Positions 51,571-61,611 of a stretch of DNA of 64,000 nt are shown here, in pieces; the first letter of the stretch is position 1, and the number at the start of each line of letters is the position of its first letter. The notes below the pieces were generated by a model, which saw nothing but the letters and a program-made list of their open reading frames with translations, was not told the DNA's origin and did no database searches. This DNA is from an uncultured Flavobacteriales bacterium (GTDB lineage Bacteria > Bacteroidota > Bacteroidia > Flavobacteriales > BACL11): the NCBI GenBank assembly GCA_949372805.1, contig CASIBH010000002.1, positions 6,123 through 70,122 of the forward strand. Direction: 5' to 3'. A program made the translations under genes and the position numbers.

Positions 51571-52598
51571 ATTCTATTTTCTTAGATACTTTAAATAATA
51601 AACACACTTCTAGACCTCCGGTTTGGTTTATGAGACAAGCAGGAAGGATTTTACCTTCTTATCAAGAGATTAAAAAAAATTATACTTTCTCTCAGATGAT
51701 GAAAGACCCTGATTTAGCAGCTAAAGTTACATTACTTCCTATTGATGATTTAGGGGTTGACGCTGCAATTTTATTCTCAGATATTTTAATTGTTCCAGAG
51801 GCCTTGGGGATGGGATTAGAATTCACAGCTAAAGGACCTCTTTTTGATAACCCTCTTACAAAATATGATAAACCCTCTCAAGCTCTTGTAAAGGATTTAG
51901 CAAAGCTTGATCACGTTTATAAAAATATTGAAAAAGTTTTATCTGTTAGAAAAAATGATACTCCACTAATAGGATTTTGTGGCGGCCCTTTGACTACCTT
52001 TTGTTTTATGTTTAGAGGTCATGTAAGAGATGTAACATTTAATGATGCAATTAAATTTTTGTATTCTAATCCCAAAGAAAGCATGAAAATCCTTGATGCT
52101 CTTGTTGAAACATCTATTGAATATGCTAGAAATCAAGTTAAACATGGTATTGAATGTTTTCAGCTTTTTGAAACTTACGGGGGCCTAATTCCAGAAGATT
52201 TATATAACGAAATCTTTCTTCCTTTATCAAAAAAGATTTTAAATAGTGTTAGAGATATGGGTATTCCTACCATATTTTTTCCAAAGAATTTTGGTAATGG
52301 TTTAAAGTATATCAATAAAGATATATGTGATTTTGTTAGTGTTGATTGGCAAGCAAACCTTTATCATGCTAGAAAGCTTGTTGACAAGGAAGTAGGTGTC
52401 CAAGGAAATATAGATCCTAGGCTACTATATTCTGATTATAGTGTGATTGAAAAGGAGTTAGAGAAATTGATTCCTTTTGGTCAAGAAAATCAAGATTGGA
52501 TTATAAATTTAGGTCACGGTTTTCTTCCTGATATTGATCATAAAAAAGCAAAATTTGTTGTTGATTGGATAAAAGATACTAATTGGAAAAGAAATTAA
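51567..52598 (+). CDS. hemE: Uroporphyrinogen decarboxylase
   Basis: PVWFMRQAGR, DAAILFSDIL, QGN.DP and NLGHG motifs. Confidence 0.97.
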   Translation: MNSIFLDTLNNKHTSRPPVWFMRQAGRILPSYQEIKKNYTFSQMMKDPDLAAKVTLLPIDDLGVDAAILFSDILIVPEALGMGLEFTAKGPLFDNPLTKYDKPSQALVKDLAKLDHVYKNIEKVLSVRKNDTPLIGFCGGPLTTFCFMFRGHVRDVTFNDAIKFLYSNPKESMKILDALVETSIEYARNQVKHGIECFQLFETYGGLIPEDLYNEIFLPLSKKILNSVRDMGIPTIFFPKNFGNGLKYINKDICDFVSVDWQANLYHARKLVDKEVGVQGNIDPRLLYSDYSVIEKELEKLIPFGQENQDWIINLGHGFLPDIDHKKAKFVVDWIKDTNWKRN

Positions 52599-52599
52599 T

Positions 52600-53976
52600 A
52601 TGAAAGTAGATTCGGATTTTTTAAAGAAATATAATACCTCTGGACCAAGATATACATCTTATCCTCCAGCAACATTTTTCACAGATAAGTTTACTAATAT
52701 AGACTTGAAAAATAGTGTTATAATTTCTAATGCAGAAAAACCCTCCAGTATATCAATTTATATACATATCCCTTTTTGTCCGCAGCTATGTCATTTTTGT
52801 GGCTGCACTACTCAAACAGGATATACAAAGCCTTTCCTTGAAAGTTATGTTGAAGCAATAATAATGGAGATAGAGCTTGTTGCTAGTGATATTGATAGCT
52901 CAAGAATTTTAACTCAAGTTCATTGGGGTGGTGGAACACCAAATGCTATTGATTATAAGTATATAAAGCAAATTACTGATTGCATTAAATCAAATTTCAC
53001 TTTTGATAATGAATATGAAATGGCAATAGAATGTAGCCCAGCGTATTTTGAGTTTAAGCATATTGAACTTCTTAAGGAATATGGTTTTAATAGAATTAGT
53101 GTAGGTGTTCAGGATTTTGAAAAAAATGTTCTAGATGCAATTAATAGAGAGCCTTCAAAACTTCCTTTAGAAGATATAGTTGCTAAAATTAGAAAGGAAG
53201 GGTTTACAGGAACAAATATTGATTTAGTTTATGGTTTGCCACTGCAAACAGTGGAGAGTTTTAATAAAACTGTTGATAGAGCTATAAAACTTGGGACAGA
53301 TAGAATTGTTACTTTCTCTTACGCCCATGTTCCATCTGTAATACCTAGACAAAAAACATTAGAAAAAATAGGTTTCCCTCTGCCTTCAGAAAAAGCAATT
53401 ATGTATCAAAATGCATATGATAAATTAATTGGTGCTGGATACATTGCTATTGGAATGGACCATTTTGCCTTACCACATGATGAATTAGCTATTGCCCTGA
53501 AAAATAAAACCCTACATAGAAATTTCCAGGGTTATTGCACTAGATTGACAACAGGTCAGGTCTATGGATTTGGAGCTTCTTCTATTAGTCAATTACATTC
53601 AGCATATAGTCAGAATGAAAAGAATGCTGCTAAATATGTTAATAGAATAAAGAAAGAAGGTTTAGCTGTAATAAGAGGCTATTCTATGAGTAAAGATGAG
53701 AAAATTATCCGTGCTGTTATTAATTCAGTCATGTGTAATTATTTTATTGATTTCAATTCTGTTGCTAATGATTTTGAAATTAATATGGCTGAAGTTTACA
53801 ATGCAGTAGATTTTTCAATGGATAAATTTCAAGATTTTATTGACGACGATTTAATGACTTTTAGTAACAACAGAATTATAGTTAACACCCTTGGAAGGTT
53901 AGTAATAAGAAATATTGCTATGAAATTTGATCCTTTAGTAAATCAAGGTGTTGGTACATATTCAAAAACTATTTAA
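52600..53976 (+). CDS. hemN: Oxygen-independent coproporphyrinogen III dehydrogenase (radical SAM)
   Basis: GPRYTSYP, YIHIPFCPQLCHFCGC, HWGGGTP, GMDHFA and RNFQGY motifs (true HemN rather than HemW). Confidence 0.95.
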   Translation: MKVDSDFLKKYNTSGPRYTSYPPATFFTDKFTNIDLKNSVIISNAEKPSSISIYIHIPFCPQLCHFCGCTTQTGYTKPFLESYVEAIIMEIELVASDIDSSRILTQVHWGGGTPNAIDYKYIKQITDCIKSNFTFDNEYEMAIECSPAYFEFKHIELLKEYGFNRISVGVQDFEKNVLDAINREPSKLPLEDIVAKIRKEGFTGTNIDLVYGLPLQTVESFNKTVDRAIKLGTDRIVTFSYAHVPSVIPRQKTLEKIGFPLPSEKAIMYQNAYDKLIGAGYIAIGMDHFALPHDELAIALKNKTLHRNFQGYCTRLTTGQVYGFGASSISQLHSAYSQNEKNAAKYVNRIKKEGLAVIRGYSMSKDEKIIRAVINSVMCNYFIDFNSVANDFEINMAEVYNAVDFSMDKFQDFIDDDLMTFSNNRIIVNTLGRLVIRNIAMKFDPLVNQGVGTYSKTI

Positions 53977-53978
53977 AA

Positions 53979-54983
53979 ATGAAAGGATTACTACTAATAA
54001 ATTTAGGCTCACCAGATAGTACAGATGTAAAAGATGTTAAAAAATATTTAGCAGAATTTCTTATGGATGAAAGAGTAATAGGTAAGAGTTATCTTTTTCG
54101 TCTTTTTCTTGTAAAAGGTATCATCTTAAACTTTAGACCTAAAAAATCTGCTGCTGCATATAAAAAAATCTGGTGGGATGAAGGGTCACCTCTTATTGTT
54201 CTATCTCAAAGGCTTTTTGATAAGGTCAAGAATCTTGTTGACATGCCCTCAGCACTTGCAATGAGATATGGCTCTATGTCTATTAAAAAAGGTATTCAAG
54301 AGCTTCATGATCAAGGTGTAGATGAAATTACTGTTCTTCCTTTATATCCTCATTATGCTATGTCCTCATATGAATCTGTTGTTGTAAAGGTTGAGCAGGA
54401 TATATCTAAGCATTTTAGTCACATATCAACTAATGTTATTCCAGCATTTTATAACGACCCATTGTACAAACAAGCAATGATTAATAATGTAAAACATCAC
54501 CTCAAGGGAATTGATTATGATTATATGCTTTTTTCTTATCATGGATTACCTGAGAGTCATTTAAAAATTTCTGATCCTACTAATTTTCATTGTCAAGGAA
54601 ACAACTGTTGCAATAAAGGTTCTGTTGCTCATACTACATGCTATAGACATCAAGTTTTTGAGACTACAAAAGATATTGTTAAGGGTCTTGGGCTAAAGGA
54701 AGGTACTTACAGTAATGCTTTCCAGTCTCGTTTAGCTAATGAGCCATGGCTTAAACCGTATACTGATTCAGAGCTTGAAAGGTTAGCAAAAGAAGGTATT
54801 AAAAAGGTGGTTGTTATTACACCAGCTTTTGTTACTGATTGTTTAGAGACTCTTGAGGAGATAGCTATGGAAGCTAAAGAAGAGTTTATGGAAGCTGGTG
54901 GAGAAGAATTTCATTATATCCCTTGCTTAAATGATAATGATGAATGGGCAGAAGTTATTTCTAAATGGTCAAAACAATACTAA
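53979..54983 (+). CDS. hemH: Ferrochelatase
   Basis: LINLGSP, MRYG, PLYP.Y, FSYHGLP, FQSR, WLKP and DCLETLEE motifs. Confidence 0.97.
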   Translation: MKGLLLINLGSPDSTDVKDVKKYLAEFLMDERVIGKSYLFRLFLVKGIILNFRPKKSAAAYKKIWWDEGSPLIVLSQRLFDKVKNLVDMPSALAMRYGSMSIKKGIQELHDQGVDEITVLPLYPHYAMSSYESVVVKVEQDISKHFSHISTNVIPAFYNDPLYKQAMINNVKHHLKGIDYDYMLFSYHGLPESHLKISDPTNFHCQGNNCCNKGSVAHTTCYRHQVFETTKDIVKGLGLKEGTYSNAFQSRLANEPWLKPYTDSELERLAKEGIKKVVVITPAFVTDCLETLEEIAMEAKEEFMEAGGEEFHYIPCLNDNDEWAEVISKWSKQY

Positions 54984-55513
54984 TGAGCTATCTATATTTT
55001 AAATCTCTACACCTTATTTTTATGGTTTGCTGGTTTGCAGGTTTATTTTATCTTGTTAGATTATTTATTTATTTTAAAGAAAGTGAAAAAAAACCTAAAG
55101 TAGAAAGAACAGTTTTAGAGACTCAATTTACTTTAATGACTAAAAGGCTACTATATATTATTACTTGGCCTTCTGCTGTTTTAACAACAATTTTTGGTTT
55201 AAGTATGATTTACTTAAATACTGCCTTACTAGATAGTCAATGGATGAAAGTAAAACTGTGTTTTGTTTTTTTTCTTTTACTATATACCTATTCATGTCAG
55301 ATTATTTTTAATCAAATGAAAGAAGGGAAAATTAAATTCAAAAGTACTTCTCTTCGAATATGGAACGAAGTAGCAACTATTTTTCTTTTCTCAATAATAT
55401 TTCTGGCTGTTTTAAGAACAACTATCTCATGGCTTTTTGCAACCTTAGGTCTAATTCTGCTTGCTGTTATCTTAATGATTTTAATTAAAATTTATAAAAG
55501 AATCTCTAGATAG
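54983..55513 (+). CDS. hemJ: Protoporphyrinogen oxidase HemJ (CopD-family membrane protein)
   Basis: TAATG overlap with the hemH stop; K.LH.I....WFAGLFYL.RLF.Y, W..VKL and R.WNE motifs. Confidence 0.9.
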   Translation: MSYLYFKSLHLIFMVCWFAGLFYLVRLFIYFKESEKKPKVERTVLETQFTLMTKRLLYIITWPSAVLTTIFGLSMIYLNTALLDSQWMKVKLCFVFFLLLYTYSCQIIFNQMKEGKIKFKSTSLRIWNEVATIFLFSIIFLAVLRTTISWLFATLGLILLAVILMILIKIYKRISR

Positions 55514-55519
55514 CATAAT

Positions 55520-57370
55520 ATGATTAAGCTTGTAAATTATATAAAAAGAATTCTAGTTTTACTATTTATATATTTTCTAAGTAGGGTATGTTTTTTTATA
55601 AATAATTCTTCACTTTTTTTAGAGAATGAAAACTTTTATTCTGCCTCCTCAATATTTTTAATATTATTTGAATCAATTCGTTTTGATCTATCTATTCTAC
55701 TATATATCAATGTTTTAGTATTTGTATTAATGCTTTTCCCAACTAACTTATATTTTAAGTTATGGTATAAAAAATTAATTGATTTTGTTTTTATGTTGTG
55801 CAATATTCCCTTTATAGTAATAAACAATATTGACATAGAGTTTTTCCAATTTAATCAGAAAAGAATTACAAATGATTTTATTGATTTAATGTTTCTGGGA
55901 AATGATTTTTTACAAACTCTTCCTTCATACACTGTTGAGCATTGGCCTATTCTTATAGTTACAGCAATTCAAGTTTATTTTCTCTTTAAAATAAAAGATA
56001 TTAAGCCTTCAAAAATTAAATTAAATTTTAATTCAATATTTAAATCTTCTTTAGTTTTTGTTTTCTCTTCACTCATTTTTGTGCTTGGAGCCAGGGGAGG
56101 AACACAACTAAAACCATTGAAAATAATAAATGCTGGAGAAATTTCTAATCCTGCTTTTTCTAGTTTGATTTTAAATACTCCTTTTTGTTTTCTTCATTCT
56201 TTTAGTGATAGCAAATTAAAAAAGTATACTTATTTTAATGATAAGGAGCTAAATGCTATTTACAATCCAAAACATTTGTCTGCAAATAATTTAATGGATA
56301 AAAAAAATGTTGTCATAATTATTATGGAAAGCTTATCTAAAGAATTTGTGGGCTATTATAATGATACGGGCTTAACACCTTTTCTTGATAGCTTGTCTAA
56401 TCATTCATTAGTATTTAACAACGCTTTTGCTAATGGCTTACGCTCTATTGAGGCACTTCCAGCAATTACGGCATCTATTCCAACACTTTCAAATACTCCT
56501 TTTATTACTTCTTCATATTCTCAAAATAATTTTAATAGTATGGCTTCATTATTAAATAAGAAGGGATATTCTACTTCTTTCTTTCATGGTGGAACAAAAG
56601 GCACTATGGGTTTCTATGGATACTGTAAAAAAGCAGGTTTTAAGAAATATTATGGATTAGAAGAGTATAACAATAACCAAGACTATGATGGCAGCTGGGG
56701 GATATATGATGAGCCATTTTTTAAGTTCTTTGCAAATAAATTAAGTGCTGAAACAAAACCATTTTTTTCTACATTCTTTTCTCTTTCAGCACATCCTCCG
56801 TATAGTCTACCTAAAAAGTATTTAAATAATTTTAAAGCTGGAAAATTAGAAATTCATAAACTAATTCAATATTCAGACTTTTCACTAAAAACTTTTTTCA
56901 ATTCTATTAAGAATGAAAAATGGTTTTCTAATACAATATTTGTTATTACAGCTGATCATACTTCACCAAAATCTGCAGATTCAAAATACAAGAACAGGGT
57001 AGGGAGATATTCTATTCCTATGCTGTTTTATGCTCCAGCACTAAATATTAAGGGGGTAGATTCAACTATAACACAACAAATTGATATTATGCCTACTCTC
57101 TTAGATTTGTTAAATTATGAAGATGATTTTTTTGCTTTTGGAGAATCTGTTTTTAATAAAGATGGATGGGCAATTCATTATAATAACAAGAGATATTGTT
57201 TGATTACAGAAAATGGTATTATAAACAATATTGATACCATTTATAATAATTATTCTAGCTGGAAACTTAAGGATTCAGTTCCAATAAACAATATTTCAAA
57301 AAATAAACTAAAAGCTATAAAACAGGTATATTCTAATACTATGAATAATAATAATTTGATTGTAAAATGA
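55520..57370 (+). CDS. LTA synthase / sulfatase-like membrane phosphotransferase
   Basis: N-terminal TM helices; NVVIIIMES, TPFLDSL, RSIEA, H.PY, ITADH and Q.DI.PT motifs. Confidence 0.88.
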   Translation: MIKLVNYIKRILVLLFIYFLSRVCFFINNSSLFLENENFYSASSIFLILFESIRFDLSILLYINVLVFVLMLFPTNLYFKLWYKKLIDFVFMLCNIPFIVINNIDIEFFQFNQKRITNDFIDLMFLGNDFLQTLPSYTVEHWPILIVTAIQVYFLFKIKDIKPSKIKLNFNSIFKSSLVFVFSSLIFVLGARGGTQLKPLKIINAGEISNPAFSSLILNTPFCFLHSFSDSKLKKYTYFNDKELNAIYNPKHLSANNLMDKKNVVIIIMESLSKEFVGYYNDTGLTPFLDSLSNHSLVFNNAFANGLRSIEALPAITASIPTLSNTPFITSSYSQNNFNSMASLLNKKGYSTSFFHGGTKGTMGFYGYCKKAGFKKYYGLEEYNNNQDYDGSWGIYDEPFFKFFANKLSAETKPFFSTFFSLSAHPPYSLPKKYLNNFKAGKLEIHKLIQYSDFSLKTFFNSIKNEKWFSNTIFVITADHTSPKSADSKYKNRVGRYSIPMLFYAPALNIKGVDSTITQQIDIMPTLLDLLNYEDDFFAFGESVFNKDGWAIHYNNKRYCLITENGIINNIDTIYNNYSSWKLKDSVPINNISKNKLKAIKQVYSNTMNNNNLIVK

Positions 57371-58089
57371 AATTGAAATATATTTTATTTCCACTTCTTT
57401 TGGTTTTTTATTTTATCTTCTATCAATTAAATATACTTGATATTTCTAGTGACGTTTTTTATGATAATTCTAATAAATTATGGGCTCATAGAATTTTAGA
57501 TCCCCAGAAAGTTAACGATCTTAAAGAGGAATTTATTGGCTATGAGATAGATGTTTTTTTTAATAATGATAAAAATATATTTGATGTACGTCATCATGGT
57601 GTAACTAATGATATTGACTTAGTTACCTTTTTAAATGAAATTGAAAATCTTCATTTAATAAAATTTTGGATTGATTTTAAAAACCTTAATTCATTAAATG
57701 TAGAATCAGCTATTTTTACTTTAGATAAAATTGCTTTGGAATTTGATGTTAAATCAAATATTATAATTGAATCTAAAAATATCAATTTATTAAGTGCTTT
57801 TAAATTAAAAGGTTTTTTTATTAGTTACTGGCTTCCTAGTTTTCATGTTTTTAAGAGTGTCTTTAATATTTTAAACATAAGAGATGATTTGCGTAAGTAT
57901 AAACCTAATGCCATTTCCATGCCTTATTCAAGTGTTTTGTTTTATTCCAAGAAATTCCCTAATTATCCCTTACATTGTTGGACAAATGAGATGACTTCTG
58001 ATTTAGATAAGATAAAAATTAAAAAATTAAGTAAAAAAAATAATGTCAAAATAATTTTAACAGATTTTAAAAATAATTTTCTAAAGTAA
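57367..58089 (+). CDS. Membrane-anchored PLC/GDPD-like phosphodiesterase-fold protein
   Basis: N-terminal anchor; LWAHR, GYEIDV, V.HH and W.DFKN resemble GDPD catalytic motifs. Confidence 0.55.
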   Translation: MKLKYILFPLLLVFYFIFYQLNILDISSDVFYDNSNKLWAHRILDPQKVNDLKEEFIGYEIDVFFNNDKNIFDVRHHGVTNDIDLVTFLNEIENLHLIKFWIDFKNLNSLNVESAIFTLDKIALEFDVKSNIIIESKNINLLSAFKLKGFFISYWLPSFHVFKSVFNILNIRDDLRKYKPNAISMPYSSVLFYSKKFPNYPLHCWTNEMTSDLDKIKIKKLSKKNNVKIILTDFKNNFLK

Positions 58090-58092
58090 ATA

Positions 58093-58677
58093 ATGGAATT
58101 AAATAAAAAAAATTGGAATTCAAGATATGATACTAAAGAAACTGGTTGGGATATTGGTTTTGTTTCGCCTCCACTAAAAGAATATATTGATCAAATAACA
58201 GATCTTAATATTAAGATCCTAATTCCTGGTTGCGGGAACGCATATGAGGCGGAATACTTATTTAATAAAGGATTTAAAAATGTTTTTATAGTTGATTACT
58301 CTCAAATAGCTATTTCTAATCTTATAAAAAGAATTCCTGACTTTCCAATATTTAATGCAGTTTGTGATGACTTTTTTAATATTAGTGGGCAATATGATTT
58401 AATATTAGAGCAAACATTCTTTTGTGCAATAGATCCAAAGCTGAGAAATAATTATGCTAAACAAATTTCAAGCCTTTTAAAAGAAAATGGTAAATTGGTA
58501 GGGCTTTTTTTTAGTGTCCCTATGTTTAGTGATCACCCGCCTTTTGGAGGCTCTAAAGAGGAGTATATAGAGTGCTTTAGTAAATTATTCTCTATAAATA
58601 CAATAGAGAAATGTTATAACTCTATCAAATCTAGAAACAATAAAGAGTTATTTTTTATTTTTAATAAAAAAGAATAG
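58093..58677 (+). CDS. TPMT-family SAM-dependent methyltransferase
   Basis: W..RY....TGWDIG, ILIPGCG, EQTFFCA and PPFG motifs. Confidence 0.9.
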   Translation: MELNKKNWNSRYDTKETGWDIGFVSPPLKEYIDQITDLNIKILIPGCGNAYEAEYLFNKGFKNVFIVDYSQIAISNLIKRIPDFPIFNAVCDDFFNISGQYDLILEQTFFCAIDPKLRNNYAKQISSLLKENGKLVGLFFSVPMFSDHPPFGGSKEEYIECFSKLFSINTIEKCYNSIKSRNNKELFFIFNKKE

Positions 58678-58678
58678 T

Positions 58679-59050
58679 TTATTCTAGTACAATTATTATT
58701 CCTTTCATGTTGAATTGAATATGAGGTTGGCAAACATAGTAGTATACTTTTGCTTGATCTAAAATAATATTTTTAGTCTCACCATAATTTATTGAAAAGC
58801 CATTATTTGATTGCGTATCATTATTTGTATATGTTTCTTCACTTACTTCGATAGCATTATGAGTTGGAGTCATTGAAAAAGTTATTGTGTCTCCAAGACT
58901 AGCTATAAGAGTATCTGGGCTAAAATACATTCCTGGAGATGTTATTGTTTTTATATTACTATTTTCATTTATCTCTAATGTATTTTTTGTACATGAGAAT
59001 AGTAATGATATTACTATTAAAATAAGGCATACTCTAATTTGTTTTTCCAT
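58679..59050 (-). CDS. Cupredoxin (plastocyanin-like) lipoprotein
   Basis: Lipobox LFSC; FSPDT...GDTITF...HNA; YYVCQPHIQFNMKG. Confidence 0.85.
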   Translation of the reverse strand: MEKQIRVCLILIVISLLFSCTKNTLEINENSNIKTITSPGMYFSPDTLIASLGDTITFSMTPTHNAIEVSEETYTNNDTQSNNGFSINYGETKNIILDQAKVYYYVCQPHIQFNMKGIIIVLE

Positions 59051-59051
59051 T

Positions 59052-59528
59052 TTATAAGATGATTTTATTATTTATTAGATCTTGAAACGTCAAGATATCT
59101 TTTTCGTTATATGTTTTAAATTTTCCAATATCAAAAGTAAAAAGATCGTGATCTCCAATATTTTTATAATGTTCTTTATATTTTAACTCTACCATAGCAT
59201 TTGTGTTTTTTAAAACTTCATAATTATTCCATTTAGTAATCAGATCTTTCTTTTTTAAGTATTTTTCTTTGTCGTAATTTTTTCCAGATTTTTTGCCTAA
59301 GCTTCTAATTATGGAAAGATTATCAATATTCAGAAGTTGTAATACAAATTTATTTTCTTTTCTGATATTTGTGAATGTATGTGTTTTTGGGTCAATTGCT
59401 AGGCAATAAATCTTTGGTTTTAAACTAATTACTGTTACATATGTACAGATATTCATATTAAATCCTTCTTCATTATAGGTTGCTAAACTATAGATAGGGG
59501 AGTCAATTATATTCCAAGGTCTTTTCAT
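59052..59528 (-). CDS. Flavin reductase-like protein
   Basis: MKRPWN....YSL.T...NMNICTYV..S..P, LG..SG and GDH motifs. Confidence 0.85.
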   Translation of the reverse strand: MKRPWNIIDSPIYSLATYNEEGFNMNICTYVTVISLKPKIYCLAIDPKTHTFTNIRKENKFVLQLLNIDNLSIIRSLGKKSGKNYDKEKYLKKKDLITKWNNYEVLKNTNAMVELKYKEHYKNIGDHDLFTFDIGKFKTYNEKDILTFQDLINNKIIL

Positions 59529-59715
59529 TTGTATATTAATTAAAGAAAATATTTTTTAAAGTTAAAATCTTTTAAAATAATAGAGACTAAATTTTATTTA
59601 AAATATAAATTACTTTCATTTTTTTTCTAGTGAATAATGTTCATAAATATTATGCATTTTGAAATATTCAGTGTATCCATTAGCTATGTTTGCTGACTTT
59701 AAATTATATCATTTT

Positions 59716-61308
59716 ATGAAACAGTATTTTAAATTTATTAAATCAACACAAGGCTCAATAAAAGATGATTTACTCTCTGGAGTAACTGTAGCATTAGCTT
59801 TAGTTCCCGAGGCAGTTGCTTTTGCTTTTGTAGCAGGTATCTCACCAATAATTGGTTTATATGGTGCTTTTATAATGGGAATTGTTACAGCAATCTTTGG
59901 AGGTCGTCCTGGAATGATATCCGGAGCTACTGGTGCATTAGCTGTTGTTATGGTAAATTTAATTAGTGAAGGTAATGCAATGGGTCCTGAAGGAGCTATG
60001 TTAGGCGTTCAGTTTCTTTTTGCAACACTTATTTTAGCTGGTATCTTCCAATCTCTAGCAGGTTTTCTAAAGATGGGGAAGTTTGTTAGAATGATACCTA
60101 AATCTGTAATGATGGGCTTTGTCAATGGTTTGGCCATTGTAATTTTTACATCTCAATTAGGAATGTTTAAATCCGAGGGGCAATGGTTAGAGGGAGGGTT
60201 GTTATACAGTATGCTTGGTCTAGTTTTTTTAACTATGATGATTATGTTTTTTCTTCCAAAAATTACTAAAAAAATTCCTGAAGCACTTGCTGCAATTATT
60301 ATTGTCTCTTCAATAGTAATTTTTGGAGATATTGAAACACAAACTGTAAAATCCTTTATAGTTTCTTTAGGGGGAGATGGTATTAAAGCAGGGCTACCAG
60401 TTTTTAATATCCCTCTTATATCTTTAAATTTAGAAACACTATCTTTTATTACTCCTTATGCATTAATCTTAGCCGCTATTGGTTTAATTGAATCATTAAT
60501 GACTTTAAACTTAATTGATGAATTAACCGATACACATGGAAATGGTAATAAAGAATGTATTGCTCAGGGAGCTGGAAATATTCTTAATGGTTTTTTTGGT
60601 GGAATGGGTGGTTGTGCAATGATTGGTCAATCAATAATAAATATCAAATCTGGTGGTAGGGGAAGACTTTCGGGTATTACAGCTGCATTATCATTATTAG
60701 TTTTTGTGCTATTTGCCTCAGATTATATTGAGATGATTCCAATTGCAGCTCTTGTAGGAGTCATGTTTATGGTTGTAATTGGAACCTTCGCATGGAATAC
60801 ATTTAAGATATTAAATAAAGTGCCCTTATCAGATGTTATAGTAATTGTTTTAGTTACTGTACTTACTGTGGTATTTGATTTAGCTATTGCTGTTTTTGCT
60901 GGTGTAATAATTTCTGCCTTAGTATTTGCCTGGGAGAACTCTCTGATGATTAGAGCACGTAAACACATAGATGTTCATGGAATCAAGCATTATGAAATTT
61001 ATGGTCCCTTATTTTTTGGTTCTATAGAATTATTTAATTCAAAATTTGATGTTAGAAATGATCCTCAAGAAGTTATTGTTGATTTTGCTGACTCTAGAGT
61101 TGTAGATCAATCAGCTATTGAAAGCTTAAATAAACTTGCTGAAAAGTATCAAAAACACGGAAAGATGATTCATCTTAGGCACCTATCTGCTGATTGCGTT
61201 AAACTTATAAAAAGAGCAGAGAAAATTTGTGATGTTAATGTATTAGAGGATCCTGATTATTTTGTTGCTATAGATAACTATAGACAAATTTTAGATAAAA
61301 TAAAATAA
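59716..61308 (+). CDS. SulP family anion transporter with STAS domain
   Basis: LSG.TVALALVPEAVAFA, GRPGMISGATGA, GGMGGCAMIGQS, GPLFFG STAS; ATG 59716 preferred over TTG 59659. Confidence 0.95.
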   Translation: MKQYFKFIKSTQGSIKDDLLSGVTVALALVPEAVAFAFVAGISPIIGLYGAFIMGIVTAIFGGRPGMISGATGALAVVMVNLISEGNAMGPEGAMLGVQFLFATLILAGIFQSLAGFLKMGKFVRMIPKSVMMGFVNGLAIVIFTSQLGMFKSEGQWLEGGLLYSMLGLVFLTMMIMFFLPKITKKIPEALAAIIIVSSIVIFGDIETQTVKSFIVSLGGDGIKAGLPVFNIPLISLNLETLSFITPYALILAAIGLIESLMTLNLIDELTDTHGNGNKECIAQGAGNILNGFFGGMGGCAMIGQSIINIKSGGRGRLSGITAALSLLVFVLFASDYIEMIPIAALVGVMFMVVIGTFAWNTFKILNKVPLSDVIVIVLVTVLTVVFDLAIAVFAGVIISALVFAWENSLMIRARKHIDVHGIKHYEIYGPLFFGSIELFNSKFDVRNDPQEVIVDFADSRVVDQSAIESLNKLAEKYQKHGKMIHLRHLSADCVKLIKRAEKICDVNVLEDPDYFVAIDNYRQILDKIK

Positions 61309-61482
61309 TTATTTTTTCTCTTCTAATTTATCAATCCTTTCTAGAATGTCATTTGCCTCTTTCTCAAGTTTATCACTCTCTGATCTATTCGTCTTAGATA
61401 GTATGAAAGCTTTTTCTTTAGTTTTCTTATAAAGAATAAATAATTTTTCTTTTTCTGTCTTTTTTTTAAATAATCCAAACAT
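61309..61482 (-). CDS. Small Lacal_2735-like protein (57 aa)
   Basis: Not in the ORF track. MFGLFKKKTEKEKL...AF.LS..NR..SD....EA; TAATTTTG box upstream. Confidence 0.75.
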   Translation of the reverse strand: MFGLFKKKTEKEKLFILYKKTKEKAFILSKTNRSESDKLEKEANDILERIDKLEEKK

Positions 61483-61554
61483 ATTTTTTAATTTTTTAGA
61501 ATCACAAAATTAGATTATTTTATTGTTTAAGAATTGGATTTCTATATTTTCAAC

Positions 61555-61587
61555 AAAAAAAAAACTCCCACAATAATGTGGGAGTTT
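61555..61587 (-). terminator. Intrinsic terminator for the lipoprotein pair
   Basis: Minus strand AAACTCCCACA-TTAT-TGTGGGAGTTTT plus a T-run. Confidence 0.85.
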
Positions 61588-61611
61588 AAAAAGTATAAAT
61601 ATTAATAACTC

